This document shows, in pieces, positions 9,472 to 19,332 of a stretch of 64,000 nucleotides of DNA (positions are counted from its first letter, which is position 1; each line of letters starts with the position of its first letter). Source of the stretch: a virus; IMG/VR virus record IMGVR_UViG_3300010885_053065, positions 1 to 64,000 of that record; one strand, given 5' to 3'. Made by a program: the position numbers and the translations under genes. Below the pieces are notes generated by a model. It made no database searches. It was not told the origin of the DNA and saw only the letters and a program-made list of their open reading frames with translations.

Positions 9472-10358
9472 TTGCAGCAACAGAGTTACAGTTAACCCCA
9501 CCCATAGCACAAGAAGAACAACCAATACAGTTTAAGTATTTAGAAACAATGTTTCTAGGTTTAGAAGAGATAGTTTTATTAGACCAACTGCAATCTAGAG
9601 AGAGAACCAGTGTAGACCATATAAACAGGTTAATTGAACATCTTAACGATGACGGAGAGGTAGATCCTATTAAAGTCTTTGTGGACAGTAAAGGTACTTA
9701 TCACTTAGTAGATGGGTTTCATCGATATCAGGCTTTCAAGTCTTTAGATAAAGATGAAATTGAAGCCCATATATATAGTGGAGACTTGAGAGATGCTGTA
9801 CTTTATTCAGTTGGTGCTAATGGTGAGAATAAAATAGTTTTAGCCAGAACCCGTGGTGACAAAACCAAAGCAGTCAAGCGTTTACTAGATGATCCTCAGT
9901 GGTCTATGTGGTCTACCAAACAGATAGCTGAAGTTTGTCGTGTCTCACCTTCTTTGGTTTCCACATTAAGAAACAAAGACACTAAACGAACAGAAGAAGA
10001 ACTACCTACTAATACAGTCATTCAACCTGATATCTTTAGCCAAAAACCTGCTGTAAGCAACAGATATCAGACAACACCAATTGAAGAAGAAGATTATGAC
10101 TCTGAAGAGTTTTACCAAAAAAGCAGAGCAGATGATCTTAACGATATCTTCAGAAGTTTTAAAGCTAACCTACAATTTTTCTCTGAGGAAAATCTCTTGG
10201 AACTCAGAAAAGAACTAGATAAGGTATCTAAAGACCCCAAGGTTACTGAACTTGAAGAAAAGTTAACTCGTTCTGAGAGTAAAGAAGCTCATCTCAGAAA
10301 TCAGATATCCACTTTATTAGCCAATATCAAGGAGTTAAGAGACTCACGTGGAAAGTAA
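9468..10358 (+). CDS. ParB/Srx N-terminal domain protein with HTH
   Basis: YHLVDGFHRYQA and WSTKQIAEVCRVSPSLV. Confidence 0.8.
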   Translation: MIAATELQLTPPIAQEEQPIQFKYLETMFLGLEEIVLLDQLQSRERTSVDHINRLIEHLNDDGEVDPIKVFVDSKGTYHLVDGFHRYQAFKSLDKDEIEAHIYSGDLRDAVLYSVGANGENKIVLARTRGDKTKAVKRLLDDPQWSMWSTKQIAEVCRVSPSLVSTLRNKDTKRTEEELPTNTVIQPDIFSQKPAVSNRYQTTPIEEEDYDSEEFYQKSRADDLNDIFRSFKANLQFFSEENLLELRKELDKVSKDPKVTELEEKLTRSESKEAHLRNQISTLLANIKELRDSRGK

Positions 10359-10608
10359 AACAGAACTGCTTGAGCGTATTAGTAACCTTGAGGTACAGGT
10401 AAGGCTTTTGACTGAGACTGTATTAGACATGAAGGAAAAAGACTGGTTACCGTTATCTCAGTCAATCTCTTTCCTCAAAAAATCAGACAAAACAATCCGT
10501 AACATGATCCATTCTGGTATAGCCGTCAGAGGAATACATTACAAGAACAGCGGTAGAAAATACCTAATAAACGTGAGTGAATTTTCTAGACTACTTGGAG
10601 GTCAATAA
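10348..10608 (+). CDS. Excisionase-like HTH protein
   Basis: WLPLSQ...KSDKTIRNMI...GIHY...KYLINV. Confidence 0.55.
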   Translation: MESKTELLERISNLEVQVRLLTETVLDMKEKDWLPLSQSISFLKKSDKTIRNMIHSGIAVRGIHYKNSGRKYLINVSEFSRLLGGQ

Positions 10609-10937
10609 TGATTATCAAACTGTACAAAAAAATAGTAACCTCAATAATCACATTCTTTACTGAGGGAGAATACACATTAGCTTATGAAGAAGGAGAAAAT
10701 GAAGAGAGAACAAAATTTCTTTTTATTATCGAACGTCGTATCTTATCTTCTAATGAATTGCTCACTTTCTCTGTAATACAACACAAATTGAATCTAGCTT
10801 CTATGGAAATTTTCAGAGAGAATAATAAGCTTGTAGTTGCTAAAAGATATGAAGGTAAAGCTAATTTCTGTAAAGAAATAAACGAGATTATTACCAAACA
10901 AATAGCTAACTCTACAACAGTTTTAGGAGATAAATAA
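10608..10937 (+). CDS. Hypothetical protein
   Basis: Coupled ORF. Confidence 0.5.
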   Translation: MIIKLYKKIVTSIITFFTEGEYTLAYEEGENEERTKFLFIIERRILSSNELLTFSVIQHKLNLASMEIFRENNKLVVAKRYEGKANFCKEINEIITKQIANSTTVLGDK

Positions 10938-10938
10938 A

Positions 10939-11247
10939 ATGCAACAAACAATTGCTCTTTCAGAAGAAATGACAACTGTAAAAAGTACTTTTATTTATGC
11001 TGATACTTTTGAGTCAGTAAGAATTGAAAGTAATGGAGATATCTTTGGATTTTGGACTGTTAGTTGGGGAGATGTTGATTACCCACAATGTCAATGTATT
11101 TGTAATCACTACAGTCTTTTGATAGTTCATGATGAAGATATCCTCACAAAAGGAGATAACTTTTACGTCTGTGAAAAAGGTGTATTTGTTAGAATAGAGG
11201 AAATAAACGGTCAAAGACTCGTCCAAATTTGGGCAGAAAAAGACTAA
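10939..11247 (+). CDS. Hypothetical protein
   Basis: Coupled ORF. Confidence 0.5.
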   Translation: MQQTIALSEEMTTVKSTFIYADTFESVRIESNGDIFGFWTVSWGDVDYPQCQCICNHYSLLIVHDEDILTKGDNFYVCEKGVFVRIEEINGQRLVQIWAEKD

Positions 11248-11309
11248 TTAAACTCTCCAGAATTATCAGGCACTGCATCTACTTTTAACTCTTCATCAGG
11301 TACAAGATT

Positions 11310-13517
11310 TTGACAACAGTAATAAAACGAGATGGCACTACTGCATTATTAGATATTTCTAAAATAAGAAATGTAATACAGTGGGCGGTAGAAGGGATAA
11401 ATAATGTTTCTTTAATTGAGCTAGAATCTGCATTTAACTTAAGAATAAAAGAAGCAATATCAACTAGAGAAATTCAAGACAACTTAATTAGTAACTGTTT
11501 AGAACTTTGTTCTCCAGAAGAACCTAATTGGCGTTATGTAGCAGGTAGATTACATATCTGGGGTATTTGGAAAGAAGCTAAAGTAAAACGTAGAATATCT
11601 AATGATGATGATATTTATAGCCGTAGTTATGAAGTAATCATGAGGAAAATTAATGACGGTATTTATCCTCATGTACTGGCTCTAGAATATTCCCTAAACG
11701 ATATTAGAGAGGCTTGTAGTTACCTAAATAGTGAGTTAGATAAAGATTACGATTATGCAGGAGCAAAACTTCTCTCTAATCGTTATTTGTTAGAAGATGA
11801 ATTACCTCAAGAAGCATTCTTGGTTTGTGCCTTACTATTAGCCATCCCTAGTTATGCAGATAAAACATTCTTACGTAGTCCATTAGGTTTGGTTAAAAGA
11901 ATTTATGACGCAATTTCACAAAGAAAGATTTCTCTTGCTACTCCAATACTTGCTAATCTTCGCACTCCTAATTCTTCAGTAACAAGTTGTTTTATCGCTT
12001 CAATAGAAGATAACTTAAAATCTATATTCTCAGTACTAGGGAAATGTGCAGACATATCTAAACATGGTGGTGGCTTAGGAGTATATTTTTCTAAAATCCG
12101 TGCTACAGGTTCTTGGGTTAACGGGAGAGCTAATAGTTCAGGAGGTGTACTTCCTTGGATTAAGATTTTTAACGATACTGCAATAGCTGTTAACCAAGGA
12201 GGAAAGCGATCAGGTGCTCTAACTGTTGCGCTTGATATCTGGCACCTAGATATCCCTGAGTTTCTAGAGATGCAGACAGAGCATGGAGACCAACGTAGAA
12301 AAGCTTATGACGTTTTCCCTCAAATAGTTATTCCTGACCTCTTTATGTATCGTGTGCAAAGTGAATCAGATTGGACACTATTTGATCCTTATGAGGTTCG
12401 CACTAAGTACGATACTGAACTAGCTAATCTATATGGAGACGAGTTTAATAATCTTTATCTTCAGTTAGAAGAAGATGTCTCTAAAGGGAAAATCAAACTT
12501 TACAAAACACTCAAAGCCAAAGACCTGTTTAAACAGATAATGCGCTGCCAGATAGAAACTGGTTTACCATATTTGGCGTTTAAAGACACTATTAATCAAG
12601 CTAACCCTAATAAAAAGCTTGGTATTATACCTTGTACTAACCTTTGTATCGAATCGTTTAGTAATGTGTCAGAGAATGAGATACATTGTTGTAACCTAGT
12701 AAGTCTCAATCTAGCCAATATTAATACAGATAGTAAAGAGTTACAACAGTTGTGTGAACTGGCTGTAGAGATACTAGATAACACGATTGATATTGGTATC
12801 CCACCAGCAGAAGAAGCGAGAAATCATAACTACAAGTATCGTACTCTTGGTATTGGGGTAATGGGTTTAGCTGATTGGTTAGCTAAAAACAGACTTAAGT
12901 ATAGCGACCTACCTTATATTAGTAGTCTTTTTGAGGACATATCTTACTTTAGTTATCTGGCATCCTCTCAACTAGCTAAAGAGAGAGGTACATTCCCTAC
13001 CTACAAACAGTCTACTTGGAATGAAGGACTTATTAACTGTAAAGATAGAGAGTGGTATAAAGTCAATGGTCGTAGAGATTGGGAACCATTATTTGATGAA
13101 ATAAAAGAGTCTGGGATGAGAAATAGCCAAATTCTTGCTATAGCACCTAATACCTCTTCCTCTCTAATCCAAGGCTGTACAGCTAGTATTTTACCTACTT
13201 ATAGTCGTTTCTTTTACGACAAAGCTAAGGGTAACGTACCAATAGCACCACCATTTTTAGATTCTTGTTTTTGGTATTATCAAGAGAACAAGAATCTAGA
13301 CCAAAAAGTAATAGTTAATGCTACTGCCACTATTCAGAAGTGGATAGATACAGGTATAAGTATGGAGTTGTTATTTAACCTTAATAACGACATTACTGCC
13401 AAAGATATTTACGAGACATTGATATTAGCTTGGGCTAATAATGTTAAAGCTATTTATTATATTCGGTCCGTCCAGAAAGACAGTTTTACAGAAGAATGCT
13501 CAACCTGCGCTAATTAG
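11310..13517 (+). CDS. nrdA: Ribonucleotide reductase class Ia, alpha subunit with ATP cone
   Basis: VIKRDG cone, ATPILAN, SSVTSCF, NQGGKRSGA, TNLCIE, APN, YY and C-terminal CSTC. Confidence 0.95.
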   Translation: MTTVIKRDGTTALLDISKIRNVIQWAVEGINNVSLIELESAFNLRIKEAISTREIQDNLISNCLELCSPEEPNWRYVAGRLHIWGIWKEAKVKRRISNDDDIYSRSYEVIMRKINDGIYPHVLALEYSLNDIREACSYLNSELDKDYDYAGAKLLSNRYLLEDELPQEAFLVCALLLAIPSYADKTFLRSPLGLVKRIYDAISQRKISLATPILANLRTPNSSVTSCFIASIEDNLKSIFSVLGKCADISKHGGGLGVYFSKIRATGSWVNGRANSSGGVLPWIKIFNDTAIAVNQGGKRSGALTVALDIWHLDIPEFLEMQTEHGDQRRKAYDVFPQIVIPDLFMYRVQSESDWTLFDPYEVRTKYDTELANLYGDEFNNLYLQLEEDVSKGKIKLYKTLKAKDLFKQIMRCQIETGLPYLAFKDTINQANPNKKLGIIPCTNLCIESFSNVSENEIHCCNLVSLNLANINTDSKELQQLCELAVEILDNTIDIGIPPAEEARNHNYKYRTLGIGVMGLADWLAKNRLKYSDLPYISSLFEDISYFSYLASSQLAKERGTFPTYKQSTWNEGLINCKDREWYKVNGRRDWEPLFDEIKESGMRNSQILAIAPNTSSSLIQGCTASILPTYSRFFYDKAKGNVPIAPPFLDSCFWYYQENKNLDQKVIVNATATIQKWIDTGISMELLFNLNNDITAKDIYETLILAWANNVKAIYYIRSVQKDSFTEECSTCAN

Positions 13518-13522
13518 GAGGC

Positions 13523-14071
13523 GTGAAGATGGTAACTAAAGCGGAATACTTAAGACAGAATACCTTTTGTGAGTATGTAGATCTCTCCCTAATTTCTGAA
13601 GATGTACTTGACAATGCAGTAAAAACAGTTAACAGGGTTAAGGATTTATTTAGTAAGTCAAAGTGGGTTTACAAACCACGTATCCTTGAGTGCTATGTTA
13701 TTACAGAAAAGAACCTAATTACCTTTTCTATTAATAGAGTAGATGGCAAAGGTAAAGCTGAATTTAGAATGGATGGTGTTGACTTAGTTTATAAACTTTG
13801 TGTAGATGATCAAGATATTCTACCTAAAGAAATAAATGGATTAGATGATGTTATTTATTGGATACTATCTGATTCAACCAAAAAGAATTCAGGTCCTAAT
13901 ATTCCTTGGATAGACTTTAGTTTGACAACCGAACAAGAATTTGAGATAGCAAAAATGTCTAAAGTTGTCGCTTTACTAACACCTAAAGAAACAGAGCAAA
14001 TGATTAAGTTTTATATGGCTCAATTTTTTGTCTACCAAAATAACTTTAGAAAAGTAGTAGAAGGGAAATGA
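13523..14071 (+). CDS. Protein with a C-terminal NblA-like segment
   Basis: SLTTEQEFEIAKMSKVVALLTPKETEQMIKFYMAQFFVYQNNFRKVV fits the NblA LxLEQxF helix-loop-helix pattern. Confidence 0.55.
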   Translation: MKMVTKAEYLRQNTFCEYVDLSLISEDVLDNAVKTVNRVKDLFSKSKWVYKPRILECYVITEKNLITFSINRVDGKGKAEFRMDGVDLVYKLCVDDQDILPKEINGLDDVIYWILSDSTKKNSGPNIPWIDFSLTTEQEFEIAKMSKVVALLTPKETEQMIKFYMAQFFVYQNNFRKVVEGK

Positions 14072-15093
14072 AAATCAACCCTATATTTAACCCTCAAGGA
14101 GATGACAGCAAAGGTGTTAGAAAGATATGGGAAGGTAATCCTACTAACTTATGTCAGTTAAATGATGTTAAGTACACTTGGGCAAGGTTGTTATACAAAC
14201 AGATGAGAAACAACTTTTGGATACCTCAAAAGTTAGATGTTTCCTCTGATAAAAATGACTACCCCAATCTAACAGAATCAGAGAGAAACGCATACAACAT
14301 GATACTAGGGTTTCTTGTTTTTCTTGACTCAATACAGGTTGCTAACATCTCTAATGTTAAAAGCACCGTTACTGCATCAGAGGTTACAGCTTGTCTAGTA
14401 GAACAAGTAAGTCAAGAGCAGATGCATTCAGAGTCTTATCAATACTTAATAGAGACAATACTTCCAGAAGAAGATAGAGCAAAGATATATGAGTTATGGA
14501 GAACTGATAACATACTCAGAGAACGTTGTAACTATATTGCAGGTCAATACCAACAGTATCAAGATGATAGTAATACAGACAACTATCTCTATGCTCTTGT
14601 GAGTGACTATATTCTAGAGGGATTGTACTTCTATAACGGGTTTGTGTTCTTCTACAACTTAGTTAGTCGTCATTTAATGCCAGGTACAGCAGATATTATT
14701 AAGCTTATCCACAGAGATGAGGTTACGCATACCAGACTGTATCAAGAACTAATATTAGAGGCTAAGAGACAGTACCCAGATAGTGAAGTATGGGAAGATG
14801 TACCATGGATGTTTGACAATGCTGTAGAGAATGAAATCAATTGGACAACACACGTTACACAAAATCAGATATTAGGGATTACTCCAATATCTACAGAACA
14901 ATATACTAATTACCTAGCCAGTACTAGACTAAAAGCAATTGGTTATAAGGTTAGTGAAAATGTTGTTAACCCATATAAGCACCTAGATAGATTTAGCGAT
15001 GTTTCCAGTGAGGCTACAACTAAAGCTAATTTCTTCGAGACTGGAGTAACTTCTTACCAAATGAGTTCAGTAGTTAGTAAATGGGATTTTTAG
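14068..15093 (+). CDS. nrdB: Ribonucleotide reductase beta subunit
   Basis: FLDSIQ, EQMHSESY, LEGLYFYNGF, RDEVTH, NFFE. Confidence 0.95.
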   Translation: MKINPIFNPQGDDSKGVRKIWEGNPTNLCQLNDVKYTWARLLYKQMRNNFWIPQKLDVSSDKNDYPNLTESERNAYNMILGFLVFLDSIQVANISNVKSTVTASEVTACLVEQVSQEQMHSESYQYLIETILPEEDRAKIYELWRTDNILRERCNYIAGQYQQYQDDSNTDNYLYALVSDYILEGLYFYNGFVFFYNLVSRHLMPGTADIIKLIHRDEVTHTRLYQELILEAKRQYPDSEVWEDVPWMFDNAVENEINWTTHVTQNQILGITPISTEQYTNYLASTRLKAIGYKVSENVVNPYKHLDRFSDVSSEATTKANFFETGVTSYQMSSVVSKWDF

Positions 15094-15183
15094 ATATGGA
15101 ACTATTCTTTTGCTATTTCATGATTATGTTTGCCTCTGTAATTTTTCTACTTGTTGTTTGTTTATAACGAAAAGGAGTAAAAC

Positions 15184-15357
15184 ATGTTTGTTTGTTTAGT
15201 TTTGTGTATCACTTTATCGATTGTGTCTGTATTGTCTGCAATGGTTTATGGTAGCTATAAAAAAAGTTACGGCAACATGCCAAGCTTTAAAGACTATCGA
15301 GTAGACAATTTTGTGGAGAGTACAGACTGTCCTGACTTTGTAGAAGTTGAGGAATAG
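15184..15357 (+). CDS. Small membrane protein (57 aa)
   Basis: AAGGAG RBS and hydrophobic N-terminus MFVCLVLCITLSIVSVLSAM. Below the ORF-track cutoff. Confidence 0.55.
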   Translation: MFVCLVLCITLSIVSVLSAMVYGSYKKSYGNMPSFKDYRVDNFVESTDCPDFVEVEE

Positions 15358-15359
15358 TT

Positions 15360-16811
15360 ATGAAGTACGTAGCAAAGTACAAACCTAATCAGGTAATTTG
15401 TGGTGAAGGTGACACTGTTGTAGTTACTGGCTGGACACCTAAAGAATCTGTCAAAAAGAGACTAGATAAGCTTGGGCTGAGTTACGGGGCTATAGGCAAC
15501 CTTTATAGCCCGACTAGGGGAATATCTTTTTTAGTCAGAAACCTTCTTTACAACCCTCAGATTAAGAATATTTTGATTATTGAAGCTACTAAGGAGGATA
15601 CTAATTCTAGAGCATGTCTTTGTCTAAAAGATTTTTTCTTGCACGGATTCAAGAGAGGAAAAACATCTACAGGTAGAAAAACTTGGTTAGTTGATTCTTC
15701 AGTAGAAGGATATATAGACTCAGAGATAAGTTATCTAGATTTAGATGAGTTACGTAGTTCAGTTTTTATTAAGCCAATTGATTCTCTAGATAAGATTGAA
15801 GAGAGTTATAAATGGTTTGAGACTAGAACTAAATCAGATAATACTAGAGTGCAAAAAGTCTATGAAGATCCAGAGAGTCTGATGCCAACAGTATTACCTG
15901 GCACCAGATACGGTCATAGAATTGAAGGTAAGACAATAGCTGAAACTTGGGTTAAAATCCTCCACAGAATCAAATCTACTGGAACAATTAGACCGACTGG
16001 TTATGACGGACAGTGGCAAGAGTTGATTGATTTAACTGCTGTAGTTACAGATGAACCAAAAGAGTTTTATTTTCCAGAACCAAATTACTTACCAATAGAT
16101 AGAGATTTCTTGACAAACTATATTCCTCAGATACTAGAGGATGCACCTTATAAAGAAGGTGTTAAGTACACTTACGGACAGAGGTTGAGAAGCTGGTTTA
16201 AAGTTGACCAAATAGAACAGGTAATACAGAAACTAATAAAAGAGATAGATGCAGCTAGTGCGGTCATGTCTTTGTGGGACACTCAAGACCATATTAAAGG
16301 TGGGAGTCCTTGCCTAAACCATATTTGGCTAAGGGTAGTAGATAATGAACTGTCTCTTACAGCTACCTTTAGGAGTAATGACATGTTTGGTGCTTGGGTA
16401 GCTAATGCCATGGGTTTAAGAGCCTTACAGGTCTATATTAGGAATGAAATAGCTACTCGTTCTGATTATGATCTTTCGATTGGTCCACTAATTACTATTA
16501 GCCAGAGTGCACACATCTACTCAGATACTTGGGAGCATGCTGATCAAGTAATCGATAAACACTATAGATTTAGACCAGAGTATTCTGATCCAGTTGGTAA
16601 TTTCTTAGTAGAAAAAAGAGGTAAGGATATAGTTGTTAATCAAACTAATCTTTGTGGAGAGATTATCAAAAGTTACTCAAGTGAGAATGCACTTAAATTA
16701 ATTAGAGAGATAACTCAAGATAATCCATCTATACAGCCTTATCATGTTGGCTACCTTGGAATAGAACTAGAAAAAGCTTTTAGTTCTGGTAGTGAGTATG
16801 TTCAGAAATAA
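15360..16811 (+). CDS. thyA: Thymidylate synthase, cyanobacterial multi-domain type
   Basis: YTYGQRLR, SPCLNHIW, FRSNDMF, SAHIY. Confidence 0.85.
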   Translation: MKYVAKYKPNQVICGEGDTVVVTGWTPKESVKKRLDKLGLSYGAIGNLYSPTRGISFLVRNLLYNPQIKNILIIEATKEDTNSRACLCLKDFFLHGFKRGKTSTGRKTWLVDSSVEGYIDSEISYLDLDELRSSVFIKPIDSLDKIEESYKWFETRTKSDNTRVQKVYEDPESLMPTVLPGTRYGHRIEGKTIAETWVKILHRIKSTGTIRPTGYDGQWQELIDLTAVVTDEPKEFYFPEPNYLPIDRDFLTNYIPQILEDAPYKEGVKYTYGQRLRSWFKVDQIEQVIQKLIKEIDAASAVMSLWDTQDHIKGGSPCLNHIWLRVVDNELSLTATFRSNDMFGAWVANAMGLRALQVYIRNEIATRSDYDLSIGPLITISQSAHIYSDTWEHADQVIDKHYRFRPEYSDPVGNFLVEKRGKDIVVNQTNLCGEIIKSYSSENALKLIREITQDNPSIQPYHVGYLGIELEKAFSSGSEYVQK

Positions 16812-16884
16812 TTGTTTGTAATCAAATAACCGTCAAATGTATCAGGATATCTCATGATTTAAAGGTTTTGAATTACCTAACACA

Positions 16885-17118
16885 TTATTTGTCATCCAAA
16901 GTATGTTCTTTTATAGCATTGTCTATCTCTTGTTTATTTTCTTGATAATACTTCCAAGCGTCGGTTAGATCTTCAGGAGAAATATCAGAACATTCTGTTA
17001 GCATTTCTGAATCGCTCATACCGTCCATATGAAGAGAGACTAAACGCCAAACAGTAAATCTAGTATTTTTAATTACTGCTCGTCCACCGCATACATCCTT
17101 CACTTTTTCTATTCTCAT
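16885..17118 (-). CDS. DUF433 family protein
   Basis: VCGGRAVIKNTRFTV...ISPEDLTDAWKYY. Confidence 0.85.
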   Translation of the reverse strand: MRIEKVKDVCGGRAVIKNTRFTVWRLVSLHMDGMSDSEMLTECSDISPEDLTDAWKYYQENKQEIDNAIKEHTLDDK

Positions 17119-17166
17119 TTTTGGTTTTATTGTAGGAAAATTAGGATTAATTGATTAGTTACAATA
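17111..17166. repeat. 56-bp direct repeat, left flank of the type V cassette
   Basis: 54/56 identical to 19250-19305. Contains the DUF433 start codon and its upstream region. Confidence 0.9.
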
Positions 17167-17192
17167 ATAGTAGTATAGAACACATAATAGGA

Positions 17193-17512
17193 GTCACCTA
17201 ACACATCACTTGTCATAGCTTTGGTAACATTATTATTAAGGCTTACTTGGTTGACGGTCTTAAACCGTCACCTAACACATCACTTGTCATAGCTTTGGTA
17301 ACACTTTCGCGTAAGACTTACCAGATCTTGTCACCTAACACATCACTTGTCATAGCTTTGGTAACTGCTTTGAGAGGATGCCTTGCTGGTTGAGGTGGTC
17401 AGCTAGTCACCTAACACATCACTTGCCATAGCTTTGGTAACTAACTTAGCCTTATCTACTAACTCGAAAAATCTAGGTCACCTAACACATCACTTGTCAT
17501 AGCTTTGGTAAC
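17193..17512 (-). CRISPR. CRISPR array, 5 x 36-bp repeats (GTTACCAAAGCTATGACAAGTGATGTGTTAGGTGAC on -), 4 spacers
   Basis: Repeats at 17193, 17267, 17330, 17406 (one substitution) and 17477. Spacers are 38, 27, 40 and 35 bp. Orientation inferred from the leader and effector side. Confidence 0.97.
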
Positions 17513-17650
17513 CCCTCCTATCCGAAGCCTTGCTATGAGCTGATTACAACACCAGTTTGCGAGGGATAGAGTTTCATTTATTAACATCCAGCAATAAAGT
17601 ATAAACAAAATGGGCGAAAACCTTGCTAGGTAATGTCGCGAGGGATTATA
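17513..17650 (-). promoter_or_regulatory. CRISPR leader
   Basis: Non-coding stretch next to the first repeat, with two GCGAGGGAT motifs resembling cyanobacterial leaders. Confidence 0.55.
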
Positions 17651-17659
17651 AAGAAACAA

Positions 17660-17770
17660 GAGTTAGTTACAAAAGGTATGACAAGTTTTGTGTCTTCTCG
17701 CTTTGGAATAATCCTCTACGAATAAAGGCGGTAGGAGCGACCACCTATCAAGTTAATTGACTCGATATAT
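17660..17770 (-). ncRNA. Putative tracrRNA (ends approximate)
   Basis: Anti-repeat at 17666-17693 matches 24/28 nt of the repeat in opposite orientation. A TATAAT lies just after the effector stop codon. Confidence 0.75.
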
Positions 17771-17780
17771 CTATTATAGT

Positions 17781-19184
17781 TTATTCAAAAATATCAGATT
17801 TATTGATATTTTTGAAAACTTCTATTGCTGCTGTAGCTGAAGATTCAGTAGAGGATTTAGTTATCCTAACAACCTCTTTCTTTTTGCTGACAACAGGGAA
17901 TATTTCTAAACCAACTCTTTTTATATTGATTCCGGCATTAATATCTCTATCGATAAAAAGTTCTAATTCTTTATCAAAATACTCTCTAATTGAGCAATCA
18001 GTAAATACAAGCTCATCTCGATAGGAAAGTAATTGAGAAGTATATGCAGGATTAACTTTAACTACTTTAGCGTCATATTTTTGAGCAACCCATGTCAATA
18101 TCTCAACAAATTGTCCAAAAGCTGCATCTTGCCATGATTTATTTAAACCAGATTTAGATGATTGACCGTTAGGTAAATACGTTCCATCTTTATCTTGTTT
18201 GGCTTTATTTCTTTTTGTTAATCCTTTTAGATTTAAGTCTTCAACAAAGAATACTTTTTTGCCAGTTCTACACAAAGCATGAGCAATTTTATATTGAAAA
18301 TCTTTTCTTTGTCTAGCTATATGTTTATGAAGTTTAGCTTCTTTTATAGCTGCTTTTTTTCTTCGATTAGACCCTTTTTGTTTTTTAGCTTTTTCCTTAG
18401 AAATCTCAGCTAATTTATCTTGAGACTTCCTAAAAGCTTTCAATGAGTTGAGTTTTTCGCCTTCTGATGTTGCTAAATAAACATCATCTTTTAATACAGC
18501 ATCCAAGCCTATGGAATTATCCCAAGTTGGTAAAATTTCATCATCAATCTTGGTAGTAGTATGATCATCAATAATAAGCAATATATACCAACCATCTAGT
18601 TCTTTAGTGATACCAATCTGCTTAAGAATAAAACTTTCTGGTAATGGTCTATGAAGGTTAATTTTTACGTTCCCTATTTTTGGGATTCTAATTAACTTTT
18701 GTTTATTACTAATGTCCTCTTTTAACCAATTATCTTTAACGTTCTCAAAAAATAACGTTGTGTAGTCCTTACTTCCTTTGAACTTAGGTCTACCACTACG
18801 ATTGCCACTAGAATCTCCTTTAAGAAATCTTGTAAAAGCTAAATCAACTCTTTTACAAACGTTTTGCATTACAGAAGAATGTGGTTTAGCAAAATCTAGT
18901 ATTTCTCCTGAATGTTGAACAGCTACAGGAGATTTGTTTAATACAGCTATTTGTCTTTTTTGACTGTAATAATTCGGGCTATCTATCTTTGCTGATATTG
19001 AACAAGTAAGCGGACATCTATCAATTAAACAACTGTTATGACGTATGTTATTCTCTTCATACCAAGCAAAACGTTCACCAATCATTTTGTTATACCAATA
19101 TCGGCATATTCTCAACCAAATATTAAGTTCTTCTTCTTGTTCTTTTGTTTCAAATTCAATGAGGTATTTACGAGTGAGAATCAT
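17781..19184 (-). CDS. Compact TnpB-derived type V CRISPR effector (C2c8 / V-U2-like)
   Basis: RuvC motifs GLDAVL, FVEDL and DRDINAG. The TnpB Zn finger is replaced by TSQLLSYRDELVFTDCSIREY. Adjacent to anti-repeat and array. Confidence 0.85.
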   Translation of the reverse strand: MILTRKYLIEFETKEQEEELNIWLRICRYWYNKMIGERFAWYEENNIRHNSCLIDRCPLTCSISAKIDSPNYYSQKRQIAVLNKSPVAVQHSGEILDFAKPHSSVMQNVCKRVDLAFTRFLKGDSSGNRSGRPKFKGSKDYTTLFFENVKDNWLKEDISNKQKLIRIPKIGNVKINLHRPLPESFILKQIGITKELDGWYILLIIDDHTTTKIDDEILPTWDNSIGLDAVLKDDVYLATSEGEKLNSLKAFRKSQDKLAEISKEKAKKQKGSNRRKKAAIKEAKLHKHIARQRKDFQYKIAHALCRTGKKVFFVEDLNLKGLTKRNKAKQDKDGTYLPNGQSSKSGLNKSWQDAAFGQFVEILTWVAQKYDAKVVKVNPAYTSQLLSYRDELVFTDCSIREYFDKELELFIDRDINAGINIKRVGLEIFPVVSKKKEVVRITKSSTESSATAAIEVFKNINKSDIFE

Positions 19185-19249
19185 TGATGTTTCTGATATC
19201 TATTAAATTAAATCCTTGTCAATGCTGACACTGACTTTAATTTTACTTC

Positions 19250-19305
19250 ATTCTCATTTTTGGTTTTATTGTGGGAAAATTAGAATTAATTGATTAGTTA
19301 CAATA
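19250..19305. repeat. 56-bp direct repeat, right flank of the type V cassette
   Basis: Copy of 17111-17166. Its ATG reads only MRMK-stop. Confidence 0.9.
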
Positions 19306-19332
19306 GATATGAAAACTTACTAATTAGTATTT

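Noticed and set aside
17229-17266. Spacer 1 self-targeting dnaN (YLVDGLK versus YLIDGLK)
   Set aside because: The similarity is at peptide level only, and the nucleotide match has too many mismatches.
17459-17659. 66-aa ORF over the leader and first repeat
   Set aside because: It overlaps the CRISPR leader and repeat, so it is probably spurious.
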